Shown here: positions 19,563-29,459 of the stretch, piece by piece | Numbering within the stretch: position 1 is the first letter of the stretch | Layout of the letters: each line of letters starts with the position of its first letter | Program-made: the position numbers and the translations under genes | Source of the DNA: Candidatus Hydrogenedentota bacterium | GTDB taxonomy: Bacteria; Hydrogenedentota; Hydrogenedentia; Hydrogenedentales; SLHB01 | Direction of reading: 5' to 3' | DNA length: 64,000 nt | Assembly (NCBI GenBank): GCA_963745075.1 | Contig: CAVUWV010000021.1 | Location: forward strand, 64,001 to 128,000 | Notes under the pieces: model-generated | What the model was told of the DNA's origin: nothing | What the model saw: only the letters and a program-made list of their open reading frames with translations | The model's database searches: none

Positions 19563-21010
19563 TTACTCGTCGCCGTGATAGTCGGGATTTGGACGGGGCA
19601 TATTGGCGTTCACGTCCTTTAGCCATTCCCGCAGTTTCCGGTGCAAGTCTCGTGTCTTGTCCGGCAACTTGCGCGCGAGATTCGTCGTCTCGCCGATGTC
19701 GTGTTCCAAATCGTAAAGTTCGAGCGAGCCGTCTTCGTACCGTTCGATGAGTTTCCAGTTTCCTTCGCGTATCGCCGCGCCGGGATCGCCACCCTGGTTC
19801 GAGAAATGGGGGTAGTGCCAGTACAAGGCATCTCGTTCAAGCTGCGCCTTCGGATCGCGCAACAACGGCGCAATGGTGATCCCATCGATGGGACCATGGG
19901 TCGGCGGAGCGTCGACGCGCGCCATCTCGCAGATGGTGGGAAAGAAATCGATACTGCACACGGGCGTGTCGCACACGCTGTTCGGGGTCGTCACGCCCGG
20001 CCATCGGACGATGCAGGGTTCCCGTACGCCGCCTTCGTAGAGATAGCCTTTTCCCCCGCGCAACGGCGAGTTGTTCGTCGCCGGCGTGTGCTTACCTTCT
20101 TTGACGGACAGGCCGCCGTTGTCGGAAAAGAAGAACACGATGGTGTCGTCGTCAATGCCGGTGCGTTTCAACGTTTCGAGCACGTTTCCGACGCTCTCAT
20201 CAATGGACTCCACCATGGCCGCGTAGATGGGATTGTCCTGTTGACCCATCTTGTCGCCCGCTTCTCCTTCTTCGCCTCATACTTTGCGATCTTGTCTTCC
20301 TTCCCTCCAAGGGGATGTGCACGGCGTAGTGGGCGAGATACAGGAAGAAGGGCCGGTCGTGTTGGATTCGATGAATTACACGCCTCATCGGTGAGACGAT
20401 CGGTGAGGTATTCCCCGTCGAAATGGCCCTCGATGGGCGGTCGGCCGTCCCATTCGGGCCAGAAGTAACTGCGCGGTGATCCGGCGTCACTGCCGCCGAC
20501 GTTCTTGTCAAATCCCTGATGTTGGGGCTAATACGGTTCGGCCCCGAGATGCCACTTGCCCACATGGCACGTGCGTGTAGCCCTGCGGTTTTCAGCGCCT
20601 CCGCGATGGTGACTTCTTCCAGGGGCAATTCATCGGCGTAGATCGCGGGCAAGGATGGGAGATCCTTCCCGGGTCCTCTTGCCTTTGAGCAAATCCGTAA
20701 GGTGCAGTCGCGCGGGATACTTGCCCGTCATGATGCTTGCGCGAGTGGGGGAACACACGGGGCAGGCGGCGTAGGCGTTGGTGAAGCGCATGCCCTCCGA
20801 GGCCAGCCGGTCGATATTCGGCGTCTCGAAGAACGTGTTGCCGAAGCATCCCACGTCGGCCCAACCCATGTCGTCGATGAGGATTATTAAAATGTTGGGC
20901 GGGCGACTTTGGCCGGGCACATCGCCGGTCGCTGCGAACGCGCGCATGACCGGATTTGCGAGACCCGCCAGACCCGCTGCCGTCAATCGCAGGAACTCTC
21001 TTCGCCGCAT
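19563..21010 (-). CDS. Tat-exported sulfatase (S1) with several frameshifts
   Basis: [31 protein letters not shown] split by an indel, [38 protein letters not shown]; spread over three track ORFs. Confidence 0.85.
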
Positions 21011-21119
21011 CGTGCACCCCTCCTTGAAGGACTCTGCCGGTTTAGCCAAGAATAGGGGCTACTGCGGAATGATGCAACGTTCTGACGGGAAGGGCCGGGC
21101 GGTCCGTGAAGGGATTTCC

Positions 21120-22955
21120 ATGAAGACCACGCGTGTGCTCGTCGTGCTTGGGGCGTTCGTGGCGGTGATTGCTGCGGCGCCCGCTCAAAACGTACCTTCC
21201 ACTTCCGCTCCATCGGAAATGGTCGAAGAAGGTCTCACCTACGGCCACGACGACTCCCTACCTCTACCGAAGACTATTCTCTTCTCGACGAGCCCGGACG
21301 AAATCGTTGCGGACGCGGAAGAATGGTCCCGTCGAGGCATCAACGCATTCTTCATGGACTACGTGGCGCGGAACTGGTCGAGCGATATCTGGGCAGCGGA
21401 TGACAAGCCCTGGACCATCGGCGAATCGGACGAAACGTTTCAGAAAGCGAAGAACGCGAACGCCATCTGCAAACGGATCGGGTCGGAGACGTTTCTGAAG
21501 ATCGCCTTCGATCATCCTTTCGAATGGTTTAACGAAACGGCATGGCAGCAAATCGACCACAACTTTCGCCAATTCGCGATCTTCGCGCGCGACACGGGAT
21601 GCACGGGCCTCGCGCTCGACATCGAGTACATCAGCGAACAATATGCCTTCGACTGGGACGGGTACACCTATGACGGATACACGCGGGCGGACTTGGCGGA
21701 GCAAGTGCGCAAACGCATGACCCGCGTCGCCGAGATCCTCTACGACGAATTCCCGGATATGGTTTTCGTCACCTTCCCGGAAGAGGGATTCAGCCTTGGC
21801 AGCGTGATTCACGCGGCTTGGATCGAGGAAGCGGCGCGGCGCGATGCACCGGGCGGCATCCACTACTGCACGGAGTATACGTATCGCAATCCCAATATCC
21901 GGTACATGTTCGCCCATGCCTGGGCCTGCAATGAGCTATTTCAAAATCTGCTGAGCGATCGCGCCAAAGCGTACTGGGCGGAAAAGTGCTCGATCTCCGA
22001 GGGCGTCTGGCCGTTCGGATTCAACTACGAGAAGGTGCATTCGCCGGGGTTGACGGTCGAGCAGTTCCGGCAGGGCTATGCCGCATCGCTCATGGTCTCG
22101 CGCCGGTACAACTGGATCTACAGCCACAACTCGCGGCCCCAGCTCATCGGGCGCGACGTGGACCAGTACTCGGGCGAAGCCCCGCTCCAGGATTACCTCG
22201 ACATCATGGCCGAGAAGGCGATCGTGACGACGCCCAAGTACCTCAATCTCGCTCAGGAATTGCGGGGAATGACCGTGCGCGATTACTCGGGGGATCTCGG
22301 CCTCGTTCCGGCGGTTCTGATTGCGGGCCCCGACGACATCCCGAAACTAAGCCTCGTCGAGCAGGACCAATACAACGCCCAGGACATTGAGCGGGGGTGG
22401 AAACTTGGCGCGGCCTATATTGCGGGCGAGTTGCTGGATCTGCGCAAAGAGTTTGGCACGGTTACGGATTGGATGCTGATCGGTCCGTTTCCGAGTCCGC
22501 AGTTGATGGACGGTCACAATACAGAATTCCCTCCCGAACAGGGTATCGACCTTACCGCTGAATATCCGGGTGTGGAGGGAGCCGTTCACTGGCAGGCGTA
22601 TCACCAGGCGGATACCCACGCGTCGGTGGATCTGACCCGCGCGTTCAATCCAACGGAGCATGTCACCGCGTACGCGCTGTGTTACGTTCATTCGCCGTCC
22701 GAGCAGAAAGCATACGTGCGGGTCGGCACAAATGACGCGGGAAAAGTCTGGCTCGGCGACAAGCTGATTCTCGACCACGCCGCGGAGGGAACGGCGTATC
22801 TGGATCGCGACATCATCCCGGTCACGATTCCTGCGGGGACCACGCCGATCCTCGTCAAGGTAACCAACGGACAGAATGATTGGGGGTTTGTGTTCCGAAT
22901 TACGGACGAACGGGCAAAGCCGCTGGAAGGGTTGCGGTTTTCATTGAAACCTTGA
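21120..22955 (+). CDS. Secreted protein with putative TIM-barrel glycosidase domain and C-terminal beta-sandwich
   Basis: Signal peptide MKTTRVLVVL..AAAPA; GLALDIEY; C-terminal WMLIGPF..YALCYV..GTNDAGKVWL..ILVKV..WGFVFR. Confidence 0.6.
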   Translation: MKTTRVLVVLGAFVAVIAAAPAQNVPSTSAPSEMVEEGLTYGHDDSLPLPKTILFSTSPDEIVADAEEWSRRGINAFFMDYVARNWSSDIWAADDKPWTIGESDETFQKAKNANAICKRIGSETFLKIAFDHPFEWFNETAWQQIDHNFRQFAIFARDTGCTGLALDIEYISEQYAFDWDGYTYDGYTRADLAEQVRKRMTRVAEILYDEFPDMVFVTFPEEGFSLGSVIHAAWIEEAARRDAPGGIHYCTEYTYRNPNIRYMFAHAWACNELFQNLLSDRAKAYWAEKCSISEGVWPFGFNYEKVHSPGLTVEQFRQGYAASLMVSRRYNWIYSHNSRPQLIGRDVDQYSGEAPLQDYLDIMAEKAIVTTPKYLNLAQELRGMTVRDYSGDLGLVPAVLIAGPDDIPKLSLVEQDQYNAQDIERGWKLGAAYIAGELLDLRKEFGTVTDWMLIGPFPSPQLMDGHNTEFPPEQGIDLTAEYPGVEGAVHWQAYHQADTHASVDLTRAFNPTEHVTAYALCYVHSPSEQKAYVRVGTNDAGKVWLGDKLILDHAAEGTAYLDRDIIPVTIPAGTTPILVKVTNGQNDWGFVFRITDERAKPLEGLRFSLKP

Positions 22956-22989
22956 GGGACAACTCGACACAAATGGGTCGACGAACCAG

Positions 22990-23158
22990 GAAGAACATCC
23001 CCCTTGATCCCCCTTCAAAGGGGGAAACTTGCGCAACGCTTCGCGTTGCGTCTTCGGCGGACCAGCGCTGGCGTACAGGGATTGTTACGACGCCCTCACC
23101 AGAAGACCGAGCTGAGCACAATTCCCCCTTTGAAGGGGGATCAAGGGGGATGTTCTTC
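22990..23158. repeat. 37-bp perfect inverted repeat built from CCCCCTTnAAnGGGGG hairpins
   Basis: GAAGAACATCCCCCTTGATCCCCCTTCAAAGGGGGAA (22990-23026) and its reverse complement (23122-23158). Confidence 0.88.
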
Positions 23159-23223
23159 AATCCAAGCGGCCTTCAATTCGTGTATCGTTTACTGTAGAAA
23201 GCTTTACCGGGGATGACGACGTA

Positions 23224-24540
23224 ATGGAAAAACATGAATTCAATCGGCGGACGTTTCTTCAAACAAGCGCCGGCTCAGCGTTGGGACTGGCAGCGGCCGG
23301 TCTGGCCGGTTCGACGGCTGGCGCGCAGGGGGCGAAGACGGTCCGGGTCGGCGTCATCGGCACGGGCAACCGGGGCAGCGCGCATTTGCGTTTCCTCACG
23401 TTGATGCCCGATGTGGAGATCCCGGCCATCTGCGACATCCGCCAGGAGGCGATCGACGCGGGCCAGAAGATCGTGACCGATGCGGGCCGTCCGGCGCCGG
23501 AGGCGTACACGCGGGATGAATACGTCTACCAGGAAATGGTGACACGTGACGATCTTGATGCAGTCATCATCGCGACGCCGTGGAACTGGCACACCCCCAT
23601 GGCCGTGGACACGATGAAGGCGGGGAAATACGCCGGCGTGGAAGTGCCCGCGGCGATGACCGTGGAGGAATGCTGGGCGCTGGTAAACACCTCGGAAGAG
23701 ACTGGCGTCCCCTGCATGATGCTGGAGAACTGGAGTTTCCGGCGAGACAATCTCGCCGTGCTGAACATGATCCGGCAAGGCCTGCTGGGCGACGTCGTGC
23801 ATTGCCATTGTTCGTACTCCCACGACTGCCGCAGTTGGTTTTACGATCCCGATGGCAAACCCCGCTGGAGCGGCGAGTTTCTGGATCAACGCAACTGCGC
23901 ACAATACCCGACTCACGGCGAAGGCCCCGTACTGAGCTGGCTGGATATCAACTGCGGCGACGCCTATGCGACACTGGTTGCGATGGCGACAGCCTCGAAG
24001 GGTATCAACGTGTATTTCGACGAGAAATACGGACACGACCACCCCTTCGCGACACATCCCTTCAAACAGGGGGACATCGTGACCTGCCTCGTGCGTACGC
24101 ATATGGGCAAGACGATTGTAATTAACAACGACCTGTTGCTGCCGCGTCCCTACGACAACCGTTGGGCCGTGCAGGGCACACAGGGGATCTATAACGAGCA
24201 GCGGAACGCCGTGTTCATCGAAGGTCGAAGCCCACAGAGCCATCAATGGGAACCTTTCGATCCGTACCAGGCGGAATTCGACCATCCCTGGTGGAAAGAC
24301 CTGGAAGAGGCGGGCCGCAAAAGCGGTCACGACGGCACGGACTACCTGGAAGTGAAGATGTTCTTGAAGGCGGTGCGTGAAAAGACGCAGACGCCCATTA
24401 ACGTCTACGACTCGGCGACAATGAGTTGCGTCGTGCCGTTGTCAGGGACGTCTATCGCAAAAGGCGGGATGCCGGTGGAATGTCCGGACTTCACGCGCGG
24501 GAAGTGGAAGACGCGGAAACCGGCGTTTGCGGTAGTGTAG
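23224..24540 (+). CDS. Tat-exported Gfo/Idh/MocA NAD-dependent glycosidase (GH109-like)
   Basis: NRRTFL, GVIGTGNRG, IATPWNWH, VEVP, MMLEN, YPTHG, GHDGTD. Confidence 0.88.
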   Translation: MEKHEFNRRTFLQTSAGSALGLAAAGLAGSTAGAQGAKTVRVGVIGTGNRGSAHLRFLTLMPDVEIPAICDIRQEAIDAGQKIVTDAGRPAPEAYTRDEYVYQEMVTRDDLDAVIIATPWNWHTPMAVDTMKAGKYAGVEVPAAMTVEECWALVNTSEETGVPCMMLENWSFRRDNLAVLNMIRQGLLGDVVHCHCSYSHDCRSWFYDPDGKPRWSGEFLDQRNCAQYPTHGEGPVLSWLDINCGDAYATLVAMATASKGINVYFDEKYGHDHPFATHPFKQGDIVTCLVRTHMGKTIVINNDLLLPRPYDNRWAVQGTQGIYNEQRNAVFIEGRSPQSHQWEPFDPYQAEFDHPWWKDLEEAGRKSGHDGTDYLEVKMFLKAVREKTQTPINVYDSATMSCVVPLSGTSIAKGGMPVECPDFTRGKWKTRKPAFAVV

Positions 24541-24546
24541 TAAGAT

Positions 24547-24597
24547 GGATTCCCGCGTGCGCGGGAATGACGGTCTGGGCGCGCACGAGAATGACGG
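24547..24597. repeat. CGTC-type REP / dRS3-like palindrome plus a degenerate partial copy
   Basis: GG-ATTCCC-GCGTGCGC-GGGAAT-GACGG followed by ...GAGAATGACGG. Confidence 0.7.
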
Positions 24598-24669
24598 TTT
24601 GCATGTATACACATAGGTCCCAGCAGTTCCTTTCGTCCCATTGGGGAAGCGCAAAGAGGAGGAGCCATC

Positions 24670-26251
24670 GTGAATCGACGTGAGTTTATGCAGGTAGCCG
24701 GAAGTAGTCTGGCGATGGCGGCATGTCCTTCTCTGGCAAACGCGGCCACTGGCCCCGACAAGCCCGGTAAGCGTCCTAACATCCTCATCATCTTTGCGGA
24801 CGATATGGGCTTCTCGGACCTGAATTGCTATGGCTCGGAAATTCGCACGCCCAACCTCAACCGTCTCGCCGATGAAGGCATGCGATTCACGCAGTTCTAT
24901 AACGTGGCGCGGTGTTGCCCGTCGCGGGCGTCGTTGTTAACGGGGCTCTATCCTCACCAGGCGGGCATGGGCAAGATGGTCAGCAAACTGGACGCGCCTC
25001 CCGAGCCGGGCCCGTATCAAGGGTATCTGAACGACCAATGCGTGACCATCGCCGAAGTGCTGCGCGGTTCCGGCTACCGCACGTACATGTCGGGCAAGTG
25101 GCACGTGGGTGAAGCGCCCGAGCACTGGCCGCGGCAACGCGGCTTCGATCGGTACTTCGGACTCATCAGCGGCGCCAGCAGTTATTGGGAAATCCTGCAG
25201 AGCCGATCGGAACCGCATGATGGCGAAAGACGATGCCCCGTTTACGCCGGAGCCGGCAAGTTTCTACATGACCGACGCGTTCACCGATTTTGCCGTGGAA
25301 TGCCTCGACGGCCATCAGAATCGCGAGGAACCGTTCTTCCTGTACCTCGCGTACACCGCGCCGCACTGGCCGCTCCACGCCTGGCCGGAGGATATCGACC
25401 GATATCGCGGCAAGTACGACATGGGGTGGGACGAATTGCGCAAGCAGCGGTACGCGCGGCAACTCGATATGGGAATCATCGATCCGCAATGGGCCCTCTC
25501 GCCGCGCGATCCGGATGTGCCGGCATGGGACACCATTGAAGACAAGGCGCACTGGTCGCTGCTCATGAGCGTCTACGCGGCGATGGTCGACCGCATGGAC
25601 CAGGGAATCGGCCGTGTGCTGGAAACATTGCAACGCACGGGGGCCGACGAAAACACGCTGGTGTTCTTCCTTTCCGACAACGGCGGCTGCCACGAGAACG
25701 TCGAGAAACGCCAATTGGACATGCCCGGCAAGGAACCGGGCGAGCGCGGCTCATTCGTCTCGTACCAGCGTCCTTGGGCCAACGCCAGCAATACACCGTT
25801 CAGGAAGTTCAAGCACTGGATTCATGAGGGCGGCATCTCGACGCCGCTTATCGCGCGTTGGCCGGGACAGATCAAACCCGGCGGGATGACCACGCAGCCG
25901 GGCATCATCATGGACCTCATGGCGACCTGTTGCGACGTAAGTGGAACGGCCTATCCGAGTACCTTCGCAAACCGTGCGGTTCGACCGTTGATCGGCGAGA
26001 GCCTCTCCCCCATTCTTCGTGGCGGCACGCGCGAACCGCACGAATGGTTGTACTGGGAGCATTTCGGGAACAAAGGCGTGCGACACGGCGACCGCAAGCT
26101 CGTGGCGACCGATCAAGGGGAGTGGGAACTCTACGACATGAAGGCCGACCGCACGGAACTCCACGATCTCTCCGAAACCGAGAAAGACACGGCACACGCA
26201 ATGGACGCGGCCTGGAACGCGTGGGCCAAGGAGAACGGCGTTACGACGTAA
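24670..26251 (+). CDS. Tat-exported arylsulfatase; frameshift near 25200
   Basis: NRREF, PNILIIFADDMG, CCPSRAS, GKWHVG | PFFLYLAYTAPHWPLH, SDNGG, HEGGISTP. Confidence 0.88.
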
Positions 26252-28167
26252 GGGCGTGCGCCGCGATTCGCGTGACGTACTGATTGTCGTCGTGTTCTGC
26301 CTGCTCCAGCGCGGCGTGCACTTCCGGCGTGTCAACGTGCAGGTGCTCGATAGCCTCGACCGCGCGGAGCCGTACAAACCCGTTCGGGTCTTTCAGGCCA
26401 TCCAAAAAGACGGGGATGGTCTTCTCGGGACCGTCCACCTTATACAGCGTGCGCGCGGCGGCAACCCGGACAGGCATCGTGGCGTTGGCCATCGCGTTGC
26501 GAAGCGCGTCAAGCGCCTCCGGCGAACGGTCTTCGTAGTTCTCGAAGGCCATAGCGGCCCAGAATGCTACGGAACGGTCGGCTTCGCTCAAGGCTTGAAT
26601 GAGGACCGGTTCCACATCCTTGCCGACAATCCCCAAGGTCTTGATCGCCCAAAGCCGCGAGATGCGGTCGGTGCCGTTCAACTGATCGACAAGGTCATTC
26701 ACCGGCTTACCGAAAATCGAAATTTCGGAATTCGTGAGATATTCATAGGTTTGGTGGGCCGGAATGGGCGGCTCGTTGCCGCGATTCGCCAGCCACTCCT
26801 CGAGGTCGAATTCCGGAATGCACCCCAGGTCCCGGCCGCGGGCCATCCACTCATCCATCGCCCCCCGCAACCGGTTGACAATCAGACGCGTGATCCGGGA
26901 GATTGACCAAGCTGTTGAGCTCGTGGGGGTCCGCTTCGGTGTCGTATAGCTCTTCGATGGGTTTGTGGTCCCGGAAGAAGAGTTTCTCCGGCCCTTTCAG
27001 TTCCCCCGCTTTTTCGACGCGGCGCATCTCTTGCATGACGGGAAAACTCTCGGGATACGTCAGATACTGGTCGTACGGCCGTTCAGGCTCGTAGTTGCGG
27101 ATATACTTGTAGCGATGGTCCCGCGTCGCGCGGATGATGTCATAGGTTTCGTCCATACGGTCGCGCGCGGCGTAGATGTACTCACGCGGGGCCTTCTGCG
27201 CCTCGCCCAGAAACGGCAATCCCTGCATGTGGTTCGGAATTTCAACGCCTGCGATGGACAATACGGTCGGCGCAAAGTCGACGAAGCTCACCATGCGATC
27301 GGTCGACGTGCCTTCCTTCAAATGGCCGGGCCACCGCACGAGGAGCGGCACCTGGATTCCGCGGTCCCATAGCCACCGCTTCGCTTGCGGCAGTCCAACG
27401 CCGTGGTCGCCGTAGAAAAACACAACCGTGTTGTCCGCAAGCCCGTCTTCCTCCAATTGCTGGAGCACCTCGCCCGCCTGCCGATCCATGGCCGTGATCA
27501 GATCAAAATAGTGTGCCCAATGACGGCGAGTCACGGGCGTATCCGGATAGTACGGCGGCAAATCGAGCTTTGCGAGGTCGTGCGGTGGATCGACGAGAAG
27601 CTTACGTTCACCCTCGCTCATGTTCTCGGGTAAAGTCCCGATCTTGGATTCATGGGTGATCGTGAAATTGAAAACGGCAAAGAACGGCTGGTTCGGATCC
27701 GGCCGGTTTCGCCAGTGCGCGGTTTTGCTCGATACATCCCACGCCGCCTCGGGCGGCGGAAAGTTATAGTCCGTCTTGACGTTATTGGTGCAGTAATATC
27801 CCGCGTTCCGGAGGTATTCCGGGAAGCATTTGACATCTTCGGGAGGCGGATTGTTGCACCGCATGTGGCACGTGCCCAAGGTCGTCGGGTACATGCCCGT
27901 GATGAGACAAGACCGGCTCGGCGCGCAAACGCCGGCAATCGAGAACGCCAGTTCGTAGCGAAGGCCCTCGCTTGCCAGTGTATCCAGATTGGGCGTCGTG
28001 GCTCGATCGTACCCGTAGCAGCCGAGATGCGGGCTAATATCCTCGCAGGTTATCCATAGGATATTCGGCCGGGAGGCGGCGGGCGCCGACGGTGCGTTAC
28101 GCTGCGCAAACGCAGTCCCTGCCAGCACGCTTCCACTTGCCGCCCACAGAAACGATCGACGATCCAT
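26241..28167 (-). CDS. Tat-exported sulfatase with C-terminal HEAT repeats; frameshift near 26875
   Basis: DRRSFL, PNILWITCED, CAPSRS, GDHG, RDRMDE, EELYD..DPHE | DLGCIPE followed by HEAT repeats (VRVAAARTL, VRLRAVEAI). Confidence 0.85.
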
Positions 28168-28262
28168 ATTGGCTTCCTCCGATTTCCTGCATTATGAAGA
28201 ATGCAAATCGGAGTGTCCAACGGGGGTGGAAGAGAATTCGCCGAAGTATGCGGAAGCCAAGA

Positions 28263-28415
28263 GACACCACGGACAACGGAGACAAAACAAACATGGACTT
28301 CAAAGTCGGCGGCCGATTCCCGGAGCGGATTCAGCCGCGCGCGGTCGGAGTTCTGCGGCCGCAGACTTGGCCTTGTCTATCATGGTCCCTGGTTTCGCGG
28401 ATGTCCTTGCTGTCG
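28263..28415. repeat. Second 9-bp-periodic inverted repeat
   Basis: GAC at 28263, 28272, 28281; GTC/TTC at 28385, 28394, 28403, 28412; shares CATGGTCCCTG with the 15.8 kb copy. Confidence 0.55.
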
Positions 28416-28478
28416 TTGAATTGGCCGTAGGCGAAGCGCGAGTAGATCGGGTAGCTGCTTTGGGCTGCAAGCCTCCCC

Positions 28479-28524
28479 AGAAAGAGGGAGAGCGGCGGAG
28501 CCCGTACCCGGGCAACCGCCGCTC
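28479..28524 (-). terminator. Putative terminator after the pilin gene
   Basis: GAGCGGCGG..GCCCG-GGTA-CGGGC..CCGCCGCTC hairpin followed by a pyrimidine tract. Confidence 0.5.
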
Positions 28525-28559
28525 AACCCCCGCTTACGCGCTGGGATTAGGAGCCTGGT

Positions 28560-29060
28560 TTAGTTCAACGGAGACGAGGCGACGCTAACCGCCGTGCCGT
28601 CCGCGGTGAAGCGAATCACGCCGGACTCGTCGACGAAGTACTGACGATAGCCCGTGCGGCCTGCCGCAGCCGGAATCGCCGTGCAGGTGTAGGCCGGCAT
28701 CGTGGCGGCCGTACCGTTGGTGACCGCAACCGTGAAGGTGTAGCCATGCTTCTGGCCATTGCCGAGAACCGAATCAATGAACGGAGGCGTAGCGCCGCCG
28801 CCATCAGGGTCGGCCAACTGGGCCAAGGTGCCGTAGTCACCCACACCGTCGGTGTCGGTGTCGGTGAAAGCGGCCGTCTGATAGGCCACTTCACCCGTCG
28901 AAATGGTGCGCATGGCGCCCGCCGCGCCCGCTTCATTCGCACTCATGCGCGAACGCAGCAGGTTCGGAATGGCGATAGCCGCGATGATCGCGATAATGGC
29001 GACCACGATCATCAACTCGATCAGCGTGAAACCGGATTTCTTCGTTGCTTTCATTCTCAT
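28560..29060 (-). CDS. Type IV pilin (candidate major pilin)
   Basis: Class III signal KKSG|FTLIELMIVVAIIAIIAAIAIPNL; GGAGGG RBS; stand-alone gene. Confidence 0.9.
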   Translation of the reverse strand: MRMKATKKSGFTLIELMIVVAIIAIIAAIAIPNLLRSRMSANEAGAAGAMRTISTGEVAYQTAAFTDTDTDGVGDYGTLAQLADPDGGGATPPFIDSVLGNGQKHGYTFTVAVTNGTAATMPAYTCTAIPAAAGRTGYRQYFVDESGVIRFTADGTAVSVASSPLN

Positions 29061-29152
29061 ACCCTCCAACAGACCTAACCCGTTACTTGGATTTCCCAAC
29101 ATCGGCCCCCCATAGGACCGACGTATTCCATTCAACTCTCGGCCCTTCCATA

Positions 29153-29168
29153 GGCAACCCGCGTGCCA
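29153..29168 (-). promoter_or_regulatory. Sigma54 -24/-12 promoter of the pilin gene
   Basis: TGGCACG-CGGG-TTGCC matches TGGCACG-N4-TTGC. Confidence 0.82.
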
Positions 29169-29199
29169 AAAGCACACAAAGGACATCCAAAAACTTGAA

Positions 29200-29212
29200 A
29201 ATAAATAACTTA
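29200..29212 (+). promoter_or_regulatory. Putative IHF site
   Basis: AATAAATAACTTA versus WATCAANNNNTTR (one mismatch); lies between the promoter and the enhancer. Confidence 0.5.
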
Positions 29213-29280
29213 CATCAAGATTTCGGCTGGCTATTCCGTCTCAATTACCGCCCAAAACCGAACACTGACAGTTACTTGGC

Positions 29281-29293
29281 GACAAAATTTGTC
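29281..29293. promoter_or_regulatory. Putative enhancer-binding protein (PilR-like) site
   Basis: Palindrome GACAAA-A-TTTGTC about 115 bp upstream of the -24 element. Confidence 0.55.
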
Positions 29294-29459
29294 ACCAAAC
29301 GCTTTCCCTATGCTGGCCAATTCGTCAGCCGATTCCCCTTCGATGGTGTCCAGACAATCCGCACCCAGACTTACGTTTGACACACTTCGGAATCATTGCG
29401 CTTCGCGGTGCCCTCTGCGATGATAGTGGGAGTGGCATTGGGACGCGGGGAGAGGGCTC

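Noticed and set aside
20778..21119. N-terminal extension of the 725-aa ORF
   Set aside because: Antisense to the sulfatase start; the real signal peptide begins at ATG 21120
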